Shown: positions 37,187 to 47,060, counted from the stretch's first letter. The stretch: DNA of 64,000 nt from an uncultured Chloroflexia bacterium (GCA_964592645.1 CAZQFV010000017.1:306-64305), one strand, 5' to 3'. The notes: generated by a model not told the origin, from the letters alone. Made by a program: numbers and translations.

Positions 37187-38449
37187 ATGATTGTGCAACT
37201 GGAGGCCCTCAATTACCTCTGTCTCCGCCATATCCGCCAGGGGCTGGCCCCGTTCCAGGTCCTGGTCGGCCCCAATGCTAGCGGCAAATCCACTTTTCTG
37301 GACATAGTGGGGTTCCTCGCCGATATCGTCCGTGAGAAAGAGGGGGTCGCCGCCGCCGTAGCAAACCGTGTGCCTGATGTCCGCGATCTGGTATGGATGC
37401 GCCGGAGCGACGCTTTCGAGCTGGTCATGGAAGCGACGGTACCGGATACGCTTCGACAGCGTAAGAACGGAGCCCACAGCCGCGTGCGCTACGAGGTGCG
37501 CGTTGGCCTCCATCCGGGGAGCGGTGAAATCAACCTGCTCGTGGAAACGCTCTGGCTGCGCCCGGAACCGCAGCCGGAGGGGAAACCCATCCAGCCTACT
37601 CTCTTCCCGGCTCCTCCATCCCCGCCGGCGACTATCGTTCGTGTTCCCCGCCGGCGGGCGCCGGCCGGCTGGCGGATGGTGCTACGCAAAGTACCCGAGT
37701 CCGGCAACGACTACTTCCGCTCCGAGACTTCCGATTGGAACAACCTCTTTCGCCTGGGACCGCGCCGTTCGGCCCTGGCAAACCTGCCGGAAGATGAGGA
37801 AAAGTTCCCATCAGCCATCTGGTTCCGCCGCCTACTCCTGGAGGGAGTACAGCGGTTGACGCTGAACAGCAAGATGCTGCGCCAACCCAGTCCACCCGCC
37901 AGCCCACGCCGCTTCCTGCCCGACGGGTCCAACCTCCCTTGGGTCGTCAAGAATATGGAGGACAAGGCTCCCGACCGACTGCAAGAATGGATCCGGCACG
38001 TGCGTACGGCGTTGCCCGATCTGCGCGGCATCCGAACCGTGGAGCGCGAAGAGGATCGCCATCGCTACATCGTCCTGGACTATGAGACCGATCTGCACGC
38101 CTGCTCCTGGCAGGTGTCCGACGGCACGCTGCGCATGCTGGCCCTGACCGTCCTGGCCTACATCCCTGACCTGGGGGGCGTTTACCTGGTCGAGGAGCCG
38201 GAAAACGGCATCCATCCGCGGGCGGTGGAGACGGTGTTCCAGTCCTTGTCCTCTGTCTACGGAGCCCAAGTCCTGTTGGCCACGCACTCGCCCGTCTTGT
38301 TGAGCCTGGCGGCGCCGGACCAAGTGTTGTGCTTCGCCCGCTATGAGGGCGCTACGGACATCGTGCGCGGTTCGGAGCACCCGCGCCTGAGCGAGTGGCG
38401 CGGCGAAACCGACCTGGGTACCCTCTTTGCCAGCGGAGTGTTGGGATGA
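37187..38449 (+). CDS. ABC/SMC-type AAA ATPase (AAA_15/21-like), copy 1
   Basis: Walker A VLVGPNASGKSTFLD, signature-like SDGTLRMLAL, Walker B VYLVEEPENGIHP, LLATHSP. Confidence 0.85.
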   Translation: MIVQLEALNYLCLRHIRQGLAPFQVLVGPNASGKSTFLDIVGFLADIVREKEGVAAAVANRVPDVRDLVWMRRSDAFELVMEATVPDTLRQRKNGAHSRVRYEVRVGLHPGSGEINLLVETLWLRPEPQPEGKPIQPTLFPAPPSPPATIVRVPRRRAPAGWRMVLRKVPESGNDYFRSETSDWNNLFRLGPRRSALANLPEDEEKFPSAIWFRRLLLEGVQRLTLNSKMLRQPSPPASPRRFLPDGSNLPWVVKNMEDKAPDRLQEWIRHVRTALPDLRGIRTVEREEDRHRYIVLDYETDLHACSWQVSDGTLRMLALTVLAYIPDLGGVYLVEEPENGIHPRAVETVFQSLSSVYGAQVLLATHSPVLLSLAAPDQVLCFARYEGATDIVRGSEHPRLSEWRGETDLGTLFASGVLG

Positions 38450-39060
38450 AAGACCTGATCGTTCTCGCGGCCGATAAGAACATCGAGTACGCCGTCCGCG
38501 GTCTGCTGGAACGCTCCGCCGACCTGGGGATTCACCCGCCCGAGTCCGAAGTGATCGTTCACCCCCGACGGGACCCCGGCTGTTTCAATGAGGCGCCCGA
38601 CTTCCTGCGGCCATGGACGCGCCAGTTTCGGCACACGCTTGTCTTGTTCGATTACGCCGGCTGCGGATGTGAGCACAGGCTGGAGGCGGACACCGTTGCT
38701 GATGACCTGCTAGGGCGACTGGCCCGCAACGGCTGGGATAACCGGGGGGAGGTAGTTGTCCTGAATCCGGAACTCGAAGCCTGGGTATGGAGTAGCCGGC
38801 CCTATGTGGACGTCTGTCTGGGCTGGGCCGGCCGGCAACCCCCGTTACGGGAATGGCTGGCCCAAAGCGGATTCTGGCCACCCAATGCGCCCAAGCCTCC
38901 CGATCCCAAGGGCGCCATGGAGGCCGCCCTGCGCCAGGTGCGGAAGCCGCGCTCCTCGGCCATCTACCTGAACCTGGCCCGGCAGGCGACCTTGGGCGGC
39001 CACACCGAACGCGGCTTTGTGCGCTTCGCACAGGCTTTGCAAAGGTGGTTCCCCCGATGA
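38446..39060 (+). CDS. Small partner protein, a divergent DUF4276/Toprim-like paralog (hypothetical)
   Basis: ATGA start/stop overlap with the ATPase. Collinear with 42980..43579: LIVLAADKNIEYAVRGLLER vs VIVPIVEGQGEVEAVPILLRR; VLFDYAGCG vs LLLDAEEDC; ELEAWVW vs KYECWFV. Confidence 0.6.
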   Translation: MKDLIVLAADKNIEYAVRGLLERSADLGIHPPESEVIVHPRRDPGCFNEAPDFLRPWTRQFRHTLVLFDYAGCGCEHRLEADTVADDLLGRLARNGWDNRGEVVVLNPELEAWVWSSRPYVDVCLGWAGRQPPLREWLAQSGFWPPNAPKPPDPKGAMEAALRQVRKPRSSAIYLNLARQATLGGHTERGFVRFAQALQRWFPR

Positions 39061-41789
39061 CCTATCGTCTCATCGAGCAAGCCTTTCCACTCAAAAAGGT
39101 CTCGGCCGACTCCAAGCATGAGAAGAACGTCCGCCACGGCCACATCTCCACGCTGCACATCTGGCCGGCCCGCCGGCCGTTGGCCGCCTGCCGCGCCGCG
39201 CTCATCGCCGCGCTGCTGCCCGACCCCGGCGACGAGGCCGGCCGGGCCGAGCTGTGCCGCAAGATCGGGCGCATCACCCGCTGGGGCACGGAGGACGGGC
39301 CGGAACTGGAGTTCTTCCGCCGCGAGATCCGCCGGGCCTACGGCGGGCGCGCCCCGCGCGTGCTGGACCCCTTTGCCGGCGGCGGGGCCATCCCCCTGGA
39401 GGCCATGCGCCTGGGCTGCGAGGTGGTGGCCAACGACTATAACCCGGTGGCGTGGTTCATCCTGAAGTGTACGCTCGAGTTCCCCCAAAGGCTGGCGGGG
39501 AAGAAGTGGCCGTTGCCCGAATCACAGGGGCCGGGGACAAGGGACAACGGACAAGGGGGGCCGACCCAGATGAGGTTTGGGGATGCGGGCGCCGCCGAGG
39601 GCGACCTGGCCGCCCACGTGCGCTACTGGGGCCACTGGGTGCTGGAGCACGCCCGGAAGGAGCTGGCCCCCTACTATCCCACGGTGGACGGCCGGCCCAC
39701 CGTGGCCTACCTCTGGGCGCGCACCGTCCCCTGCCCCGACCCGGCCTGCGGGGCCGAGGTGCCGCTGCTGAAGACGCTGTGGTTGTGCAAGAAGGAGGGC
39801 AAGCGCCGGGCGCTGCGCCTGGTGCCCGACCCGGCACACCATCGCGTCGGTTTCGAGGTCTGGACCCCCGGCCCCAAGGACGAGGTGCCCGCAGGCACGA
39901 TGGCCGGGGCCAAGTGCCGCTGCCCGGTCTGCGGCACGGCGATTACCACCGACTACATCAAGCAGCGCGGGCACGAGGGCCAACTGGGGGCGCGGATGAC
40001 GGCCGTGGTGGTGGAGACCGGGCGAGGCAAGGAGTACCGCCTGCCGACGGCAGAGGAAGAGCAGGCCGCCCGGCGCGCGGCCGAGGCGCTCCCCTCCGCC
40101 GCGGCGCAGATTCCCTACGGCCTGCCGGCGGAGCCGCTGCCCGAGAGTGGGACATCCGGCGCCGGACGCGCATTCACGATCCCCCTCTACGGCTTCCGCA
40201 CCTGGGCCGACCTCTTCACCCCGCGGCAGTTGCTGGCGCTGGGCACCTTTGTCCGTTGGACCCGCCTGGCGCGGGAGGAGATGCGCCGGCTGGGGTATCC
40301 CGAGGAAAAGGTGGAAGCAGTGGAGGCATACCTGGCCAGTATCGGAGACAAGTGTGCGGACTACGGCTCATCTCTCGCCAGGTGGGAAAATGGTGGTGAG
40401 TTCATTGCTCCTACATTTCAACGTTTTGCTCTAGCCATGCTGTGGGATTTCGCCGAAACAAACCCGTTGCGTTCCGTATCTGGCTCGTTTGAGAATCACC
40501 TTGACTGGACAGTGCGCTACATAGAACATGCCCTTGCGGCTACGGAGAGAGGTGGAAACCTTACCATCGCGCAGCAATCGGCGACCCAATCTCTTGATTG
40601 CCTTGCGGATGCGGTCGTCACCGATCCACCCTACTACGACGCCATCCCCTATGCCGACCTTTCGGACTTTTTCTACGTCTGGCTGCGCCGCGCCGTCGGC
40701 GACCGGTATCCGGAGAACTTTGCCACACCCACCACGTGTAAGGCCGATGAGTTGGTGCAACAGCACAAGGACGGCCGGGCAGGGCGCAAGGGCAAAGAGG
40801 AATACGAGGCGGGCATGGCCGAGGCATTCCGCCGCGTCTGGGAATCGTTGGCGCCCGACGGGCGCATGGTCGTCGTCTTTGCCCACAAGGACCCCGAGGC
40901 CTGGGAGACGCTGGTCACGGCCATGGTCGGGGCCGGGTTCACCGTGACCGCTTCCTGGCCTATTGACACAGAACGAGGAAGCAGGGTGCGAGCACATGGC
41001 AGTGCCGCTCTGGCCTCCTCCATCTGGATGGTCTGCCGCAAGCGGCCCGAGGGGGCCGGGGTGGGCCGCTACGCCGCGGTGCGCAAGGCCATGCAGGAGC
41101 GCATCACCGAGCGGCTGCGCTACTTCTGGGACGCCGGCATCGGCGGGGCCGACTTTGTCTGGGCGGCGGTGGGGCCGGCGCTGGAGTCGTACTCGGCCTA
41201 CGACGAGGTGCGCCGGTTGGACGGCACGCCCTTTACCGTGGGCGAGTTCCTGCGCGAGGTGCGCCGGCTGGTGGCCGATTTCGCCCTGGGGCGCATCCTG
41301 AGAGGGCACTCCACCGAGGGCCTGGACGAGTGGACGCGCTACTACCTGATCCACCGCAGCACCTTTGGGCTGGAAGCGGCCCCGGTGGGCGAGTGCATCC
41401 TGCTTTCGCAGGGCTACGGCCTGGACCTGAACGAGCTGCGCGGGCCGCGGGGCTTTCTCGTCAGAGCGGTCGGCAGCGACCTGCGGCTGGCCGCCTGGGA
41501 AGAACGTGTCCGGGATGATTTGGGCGAACCCCATCCTAGTGGCGGCCTGCCGCTGGTGGATGTCCTGCACCGGCTGATGCGGCTGTGGGAGGGCGGGCAG
41601 TTGGACGCCCTCAACACCTACGCGGCCGGCAAGGGCCTGCCGCAGAACGATCTCTTCTGGGCCGTGGCCCAGGCCGTGCTGGAGATGGCCGGGGTTAGGA
41701 GCAAGGAGCGGACGCTGCTGGAGGCGGTGGTGGCATGGGGGCGGGGTGGCCGAGTCCATGAGGTTGTCCAACTGGAGTTGCCCGGTTAA
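39057..41789 (+). CDS. DUF1156-type DNA methyltransferase (N6-A/N4-C class) with an internal zinc ribbon
   Basis: The N-terminus LIEQAFPLKKVSADSKHEKNVRHGHISTLHIWPARRP is the DUF1156 hallmark. VLDPFAGGGAIPLEA is the SAM motif I. VVTDPPYYD is motif IV (DPPY at 40623-40634). CPDPACG...CRCPVCG is the zinc ribbon. ATGA overlap with the upstream gene. Confidence 0.85.
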   Translation: MTYRLIEQAFPLKKVSADSKHEKNVRHGHISTLHIWPARRPLAACRAALIAALLPDPGDEAGRAELCRKIGRITRWGTEDGPELEFFRREIRRAYGGRAPRVLDPFAGGGAIPLEAMRLGCEVVANDYNPVAWFILKCTLEFPQRLAGKKWPLPESQGPGTRDNGQGGPTQMRFGDAGAAEGDLAAHVRYWGHWVLEHARKELAPYYPTVDGRPTVAYLWARTVPCPDPACGAEVPLLKTLWLCKKEGKRRALRLVPDPAHHRVGFEVWTPGPKDEVPAGTMAGAKCRCPVCGTAITTDYIKQRGHEGQLGARMTAVVVETGRGKEYRLPTAEEEQAARRAAEALPSAAAQIPYGLPAEPLPESGTSGAGRAFTIPLYGFRTWADLFTPRQLLALGTFVRWTRLAREEMRRLGYPEEKVEAVEAYLASIGDKCADYGSSLARWENGGEFIAPTFQRFALAMLWDFAETNPLRSVSGSFENHLDWTVRYIEHALAATERGGNLTIAQQSATQSLDCLADAVVTDPPYYDAIPYADLSDFFYVWLRRAVGDRYPENFATPTTCKADELVQQHKDGRAGRKGKEEYEAGMAEAFRRVWESLAPDGRMVVVFAHKDPEAWETLVTAMVGAGFTVTASWPIDTERGSRVRAHGSAALASSIWMVCRKRPEGAGVGRYAAVRKAMQERITERLRYFWDAGIGGADFVWAAVGPALESYSAYDEVRRLDGTPFTVGEFLREVRRLVADFALGRILRGHSTEGLDEWTRYYLIHRSTFGLEAAPVGECILLSQGYGLDLNELRGPRGFLVRAVGSDLRLAAWEERVRDDLGEPHPSGGLPLVDVLHRLMRLWEGGQLDALNTYAAGKGLPQNDLFWAVAQAVLEMAGVRSKERTLLEAVVAWGRGGRVHEVVQLELPG

Positions 41790-41798
41790 GGAGGACCT

Positions 41799-42983
41799 AT
41801 GATTACCGAGGTGCAGATCAAGAACTACCGCAGTCTGGCCCAAGTAGTTGTTAACCTCGAACGGCTTACGATCCTCGTCGGCCCCAACGGGGCAGGCAAG
41901 AGCAACTTTGTGGACGCACTGCGCTTTGTTGCCGACGCGCTCAGCACGACGCTGGAACTTGCCCTCAAGCAACGCGGCGGTATCAACGCCGTCCGGCGGC
42001 GCTCCAAGGGACATCCCACCCACTTTGGCCTGCGTGTCCGCATGGACTGGGGGCGAGGGGACGGAGCCGTGTACTCGTTCAAGATCTCGGCATTGCCGCG
42101 GGGCGATTTCGCCGTGAGCCAAGAGATGGGACATATCTGGGGGCCCAAGGCAGTTCCGGCCCACCAGTTTTCGGTCAGAGATGGCGTGCTGACGACAAAC
42201 ATAAAGGGTTTGCGGCCCAAGATCGAAAGAGATCGCCTGGCCTTGACCGTTCTGTCCGCTACCGAGGAGGTGCGCCCTCTCTATGACTCGCTTACTCAGA
42301 TGCGTTTCTACTCGCTGGTGCCTGACCGCATCCGCGAGCTACAGGAACCCGATCCTGGGCAGGCGCTGAAGCGCGACGGAAGCAATGCCGCAGCCGTCCT
42401 GCGGGAGATCAGGAAGCACTCGCCGCAGGACTATGAGCGTGTCTGTCGTCTGCTGAGCAAGGTCGTTCCAGGCACGACCGGCGCGGAATACCTGTCTGCG
42501 GGACCAAAAGAAACGTTGCAGTTTCGACAAGACGTGGGCGACGCCAACCCGTGGTCGTTTGAGGCCCTCAATATGTCCGATGGGACGTTGCGCGTTCTTG
42601 GCGTCCTGCTGGCTGTCTATCAGACGCCTACTCCCCCCTTCATTGCCATTGAGGAACCCGAATCCACCATCCATCCGGCGGCCGCAGAGGTTTTGGTGAA
42701 CATATTTTCTGAGGCTTGCACCCGCTCGCAGATATTGATTACAACCCATAGCCCGGACATCCTCGACAGCAGAGAACTCCAGGACAATCAGATACGGGCC
42801 GTGGAGTACCAAAATGGAAGGACAACGATCAGCCCCCTAGGGCCGGTGTCACGGGAAGCCATCCGAAAGAATCTCTACACGCCCGGCGAGCTGCTCCGCA
42901 TGGGCGAACTGGAGCCGGACCGTGAGGTCGGCGCGCGGTTGGGTCAGCAGCTATCCTTGTTTGGCTGGAAGGTGAAACCATGA
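41799..42983 (+). CDS. ABC/SMC-type AAA ATPase (AAA_15/21-like), copy 2
   Basis: Walker A ILVGPNGAGKSNFVD, SDGTLRVLGV, Walker B FIAIEEPESTIHP, LITTHSP. Clear paralog of 37187..38449. AAGGAGGA lies upstream. Confidence 0.85.
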   Translation: MITEVQIKNYRSLAQVVVNLERLTILVGPNGAGKSNFVDALRFVADALSTTLELALKQRGGINAVRRRSKGHPTHFGLRVRMDWGRGDGAVYSFKISALPRGDFAVSQEMGHIWGPKAVPAHQFSVRDGVLTTNIKGLRPKIERDRLALTVLSATEEVRPLYDSLTQMRFYSLVPDRIRELQEPDPGQALKRDGSNAAAVLREIRKHSPQDYERVCRLLSKVVPGTTGAEYLSAGPKETLQFRQDVGDANPWSFEALNMSDGTLRVLGVLLAVYQTPTPPFIAIEEPESTIHPAAAEVLVNIFSEACTRSQILITTHSPDILDSRELQDNQIRAVEYQNGRTTISPLGPVSREAIRKNLYTPGELLRMGELEPDREVGARLGQQLSLFGWKVKP

Positions 42984-43579
42984 ATCCGGTCATTGTCCCA
43001 ATAGTGGAGGGCCAGGGCGAGGTTGAGGCCGTCCCCATCCTGCTTCGCCGAATCCTCCACTCCTGGGAAGCCTTCGCCTGCGACATCAGGCGGCCAATAC
43101 GTGTCAAGCGCCAGCGAGTGGTCAAACCTGGCGAATTGGAGCGCGTACTTGAACTGGCTGCCATGCAGCCTGGATGCCGGGCTGTTCTGCTCTTGCTCGA
43201 CGCGGAGGAAGACTGCCCGGCCATTCTAGGACCGGCCCTCCTTGAGCGGGCGCAAAAGGCAAGACCTGACATTCCGTGCCGGGTTGTGCTGGCCAAAGCA
43301 AAGTATGAGTGCTGGTTTGTCGGCAGTATCGAATCGCTGCGAGGGCAGTGTGGGATTCGAGCCGACGCAGCAGCACCGGACTCGCCCGAGGAAATGAAGG
43401 GGGCCAAGGCCTGGCTGACCCAACACATGGAGCATAGGCGAACCTACCAGGAAGTAGATGATCAGCCCCCGTTGACCGCGAGTTTCGACATAGAACTGGC
43501 TCAGCGGTCTTGCCCTTCTTTTGACAAGCTGCTACGCGATCTTCGGGACCTGCAGACCCTGCTGTCTGAGGAGCAATGA
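42980..43579 (+). CDS. DUF4276 family (Toprim-like) protein
   Basis: MNPVIVPIVEGQGEVEAVPILLRR, LLLLDAEEDCP, AKAKYECWF. This is the acidic E...DxE/D pattern I associate with DUF4276. ATGA overlap with the ATPase stop. Confidence 0.7.
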   Translation: MNPVIVPIVEGQGEVEAVPILLRRILHSWEAFACDIRRPIRVKRQRVVKPGELERVLELAAMQPGCRAVLLLLDAEEDCPAILGPALLERAQKARPDIPCRVVLAKAKYECWFVGSIESLRGQCGIRADAAAPDSPEEMKGAKAWLTQHMEHRRTYQEVDDQPPLTASFDIELAQRSCPSFDKLLRDLRDLQTLLSEEQ

Positions 43580-43580
43580 G

Positions 43581-46500
43581 ATGTCCGTATTCATGTGGCA
43601 CCACCTCTGTACCCTCCGCGACGACGTTCGCGCCGGCCGGCTCACCCTGGACGAGTTCGCCGCCGACCTGAACGGCGTGCGCACCGGCGAATCGCCGCCC
43701 GTCTACCGCGAAGCGACGATGTTCTTCTCGCGCACCTACCCGACCTACCGCATGAAACAACTGGTGCGCGATGTCCTCCTGCGGCTGGCCGGCCGGGGAG
43801 GCAAACCCGTGCAGCAGCTCCAGGTGGCCTACGGCGGCGGCAAGACGCACACCCTGATCACCCTGCTGCACCTGGCCGAGCAGGGGCCGGGTCTGGCCGA
43901 CCACCCGACGGTGCAAGAGTTCTTCACCTTTGCCGGCCTGCCCCATCCACCCCGCGCCCGCGTGGCCCTGCTTCCCCTGGACAAGTTCGACGTCAAGGAA
44001 GGGCTGGAAGTCTGCGGCCCCGCCGGGCAACCCCGCCGCGTGCGCACCCTCTGGGGCGCCCTGGCCCATCAACTGGCCGGGGACGCCGGCTACGCCCGGC
44101 TGAAAAGCCACGACGAGGAGTTCACCGTCCCGGCCGAGCCGCTGCTGGTGGACCTGCTGCGCGCGCCGTTGCACGAGGGCCTGGGCGCGCTGGTGCTGGT
44201 GGACGAGGCCGTCTGGTACTACCGCAACCTGGTGCTGGCCAACCCCCGCGCCTTTGGCGCGCTCAAGGATTTCTACCAGGTGCTCACCCAGGCTGTGGCC
44301 AAGGTCGAACATGCCGCATTGGTGGCCGCGCTCGTCGCTTCCAAGGTTGAGGCCAACGACCATACGGGCATCCAGTGCCTCGGCGCGCTGGAGGACATCT
44401 TTGGCCGCATCGCCGAACCGGTGGAGCCGGTGACGCGCGAGGACGTGGCCGAGGTGCTGCGGCGCCGCCTGTTCGAGAGTGTCGCGGGCGAGGCCGAACG
44501 CCGGCCGGTGGTCGATGCGGTGATGGCCGCGATGCAGCGACTGCCGCTGCGCGACGCCCAGCGCGACCAGGCGGCCTACCACCGGATGATGGAAAGCTAC
44601 CCCTTTCACCCCGACCTGGTCGAGGTGCTCTACCAGAAGTGGACCCAGTATGACGGCTTTCAGCGCACCCGCGGCGCCCTGCGCCTGCTCGCCTATGCCC
44701 TGCGCGAGACGGCCGGCCACGACCCCTCGCCGCTGATCGGCCCCTGGGCGCTGCTCAACCCGGAGGGTCCCTCTCTCTCTCCGGCCCTGAACGAGCTGGT
44801 GCCCATCTGCCAGGAGCGCGAAAAATGGGGGCCCATCCTCACGGGCGAGCTGGCCAAGGCCCGCGAGGTTCAGGCCGGCCTGCCCACGCTGCCGCACCGG
44901 GAGATGGAGCAGGCGGTCGTCGCCACCTTCCTGCACTCGCACCCGCCGGGGCAGCGCGCGTCGCCTTCGGAGCTGCTGGCGCTGCTGGCCCACCCCGAGG
45001 GGGACCCGGCCGCGCTCGAGGAGGGGCTGCGCAAGTGGCGCGGTATCTCGTGGTTCCTGGTCGAGGACCCGCAGGTGTGGCGGCTGAGCACGCACCCCAA
45101 TCTCAACCACATCCAGGCCCGGGCCCTGGAGTCATTGAACGAACCGGACGTCGAGGCCGAGCTGCGCAGGCGCATCGCCGCCGTCCCCGCGCTGCGCGAG
45201 GCCGACGCGGGCGTCGCGGTGCATATCCTGCCCAAATCCCCGGCCGATGTCCCGGACAACCTGGAACTGCGCTACCTGGTGCTGGGACCGGAGTGCGCCG
45301 TCGAGCCGGGCAAGGCGTTGCCGGCCGAGGTCGAAGCCTACTTCGACCAGGTCACCGGCCCGCAGAACCCGCGTATCTACCGCAACAACGTCATTGCCCT
45401 GGTGCCGGAAGCGTCGCGGATGGCCGGCCTGCGCAACCGGGTGCGCGAGTACCTGGCCTGGGACCGCGTGGAGAACGTGGCCGAGTACCGCCAGGCGCTG
45501 ACCGAGCAGCAGCGGCGCGAGTTGGTTCAGCGCAAGGGCGCCGTGGCCGGCAGCTTGCCCGAGTCGGCGGTAGCGGCATACAACCTGCTGGTGGCCGTCG
45601 ACGAGAGCGGCAAGGTGGGCCTGTCGACGCTCCGCCACGCCGGCGCGACGGCCTTTGACCGCATCAAGGCAACGCTCGCGGAAGAGGAGCGTATCATCGT
45701 CAACACCGTGGACCCCGACCTGCTCCTGCCGGGGAGTTACCTGGACCTGTGGCGGGAGGGGGAAGAGAGCAAGCGCGTCCCCGACCTGATGGCCGCCTTT
45801 GGGCAGTTTCACCGCCTGCCGCGCCTGCTGCGCCCCGACGTGCTCTACGAATCGCTGCGGCGCGGCGTGCGCGAGGGCACGCTGGTCCTGCGGCTGGTCC
45901 GCGGCGATGGCTCCATGCGCACCTACTGGCGCACCCTCCCCGACGAGGACACCCTGCGCCGGCCCGACCTGGAGCTACAGTCATCCGGCCGGGCCACCTT
46001 GCACAATCTGGAGCCTGAGCTGTTGTCGCCGCAGAAGGTCGAGGCCCTCTGGCCGCTTCCGACGGGGCCCGCGACTTTGGAAGACTGGCGCGCTTGCTTT
46101 GACGGTGTGCGTCTCCCCCGCCTACGGGATGCCGGCGTCCTGGACGAAGCCCTGCGCGCCGCGGTTTGCCGGGGTTTGCTCATGGCCCGCCTGGGCCGGG
46201 CCTCCTACTTCCGCGAGGCCCTGCCGGAGGGGCAACTCGCGGGTACGCTGGAGTTGCTGGCCCCGCCGCGGCCCATTCGCGGCGCCGACCTGACCCCCCA
46301 GGCCATGCCGGAGGTTTGGGTGGGAGGACAGACCACCGCCCAGCGATTGATGGAAGCCATATCCGCGGAGCGCGGCTATCCCATACCCTGGACTCTCCTC
46401 CAGGACGGGATTGAGGATGCTTTGCGGCTGCACCTTCTGGCGCGTTCCGCGGATAGCGGCCCCTGGCCCTGTTCGCCGGGCGCGGCCGGCGAGGTCGTGT

Positions 46501-46958
46501 TCCGGGTAGTCGAGGAGATCCACCTGACCGTGGACACGATCATTGCCGCGCTGCCCTACGCCGAGAGTGAAACCCCAACGCTGCGCGCGCTGAAAGAGGC
46601 AGTCGAGATGCAGATTCTGGGCAAACCGGTTCCCGAGGACCAGTTCATCGGCGTCGTCCGGGAAGCCCTGAACCGGCGCGCGCTGCAGGCGGTTGACCTG
46701 CCCGTGCAGCAACTGACGCTCTCGACACGGGTCCGCCGCCCGCCGGTGGCCCTGGTCGCCGACGCCACGCTGAGCGCGGCCGAGGTGCAGCGGCTGGCCG
46801 AGATCGCCGCGCAGTTGCTCTCCATCGCGCCCGGGCTGGAGTTCACCTTCCGGGTTGTGCTGACGGCGGAAGGGGAGCCGCCTGACGAGCAGGTATCCGA
46901 AGGGCTCAACGACGCCCTGGAGAAGGTCAAGGCCGGCTGGCGGTTCTCCGGTTCATGA
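43581..46958 (+). CDS. DUF499-type large P-loop ATPase
   Basis: The N-terminus LRDDVRAGRLTLDEFAADLNGV...FFSRTYPTYRMKQLVRDVLLRLAG....QLQVAYGGGKTHTLITLLHL (Walker A) and LVLVDE (Walker B) fit the DUF499 layout. The start lies 1 nt after the upstream stop. Confidence 0.8.
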   Translation: MSVFMWHHLCTLRDDVRAGRLTLDEFAADLNGVRTGESPPVYREATMFFSRTYPTYRMKQLVRDVLLRLAGRGGKPVQQLQVAYGGGKTHTLITLLHLAEQGPGLADHPTVQEFFTFAGLPHPPRARVALLPLDKFDVKEGLEVCGPAGQPRRVRTLWGALAHQLAGDAGYARLKSHDEEFTVPAEPLLVDLLRAPLHEGLGALVLVDEAVWYYRNLVLANPRAFGALKDFYQVLTQAVAKVEHAALVAALVASKVEANDHTGIQCLGALEDIFGRIAEPVEPVTREDVAEVLRRRLFESVAGEAERRPVVDAVMAAMQRLPLRDAQRDQAAYHRMMESYPFHPDLVEVLYQKWTQYDGFQRTRGALRLLAYALRETAGHDPSPLIGPWALLNPEGPSLSPALNELVPICQEREKWGPILTGELAKAREVQAGLPTLPHREMEQAVVATFLHSHPPGQRASPSELLALLAHPEGDPAALEEGLRKWRGISWFLVEDPQVWRLSTHPNLNHIQARALESLNEPDVEAELRRRIAAVPALREADAGVAVHILPKSPADVPDNLELRYLVLGPECAVEPGKALPAEVEAYFDQVTGPQNPRIYRNNVIALVPEASRMAGLRNRVREYLAWDRVENVAEYRQALTEQQRRELVQRKGAVAGSLPESAVAAYNLLVAVDESGKVGLSTLRHAGATAFDRIKATLAEEERIIVNTVDPDLLLPGSYLDLWREGEESKRVPDLMAAFGQFHRLPRLLRPDVLYESLRRGVREGTLVLRLVRGDGSMRTYWRTLPDEDTLRRPDLELQSSGRATLHNLEPELLSPQKVEALWPLPTGPATLEDWRACFDGVRLPRLRDAGVLDEALRAAVCRGLLMARLGRASYFREALPEGQLAGTLELLAPPRPIRGADLTPQAMPEVWVGGQTTAQRLMEAISAERGYPIPWTLLQDGIEDALRLHLLARSADSGPWPCSPGAAGEVVFRVVEEIHLTVDTIIAALPYAESETPTLRALKEAVEMQILGKPVPEDQFIGVVREALNRRALQAVDLPVQQLTLSTRVRRPPVALVADATLSAAEVQRLAEIAAQLLSIAPGLEFTFRVVLTAEGEPPDEQVSEGLNDALEKVKAGWRFSGS

Positions 46959-47060
46959 GCTGATGCCCACTATCGCTTCCGGCGAGTACAAACCACTGCG
47001 CATTATCCAGAAGGGTGAGCACGTCAGACGACAGGAGCGCAAGTACGGTTCGCTCCTCCC

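Noticed and set aside
33622-37212. Minus-strand ORFs 33622..35490 and 35710..37212
   Set aside because: Antisense to the SNF2-DUF3883 gene, with low-complexity translations.
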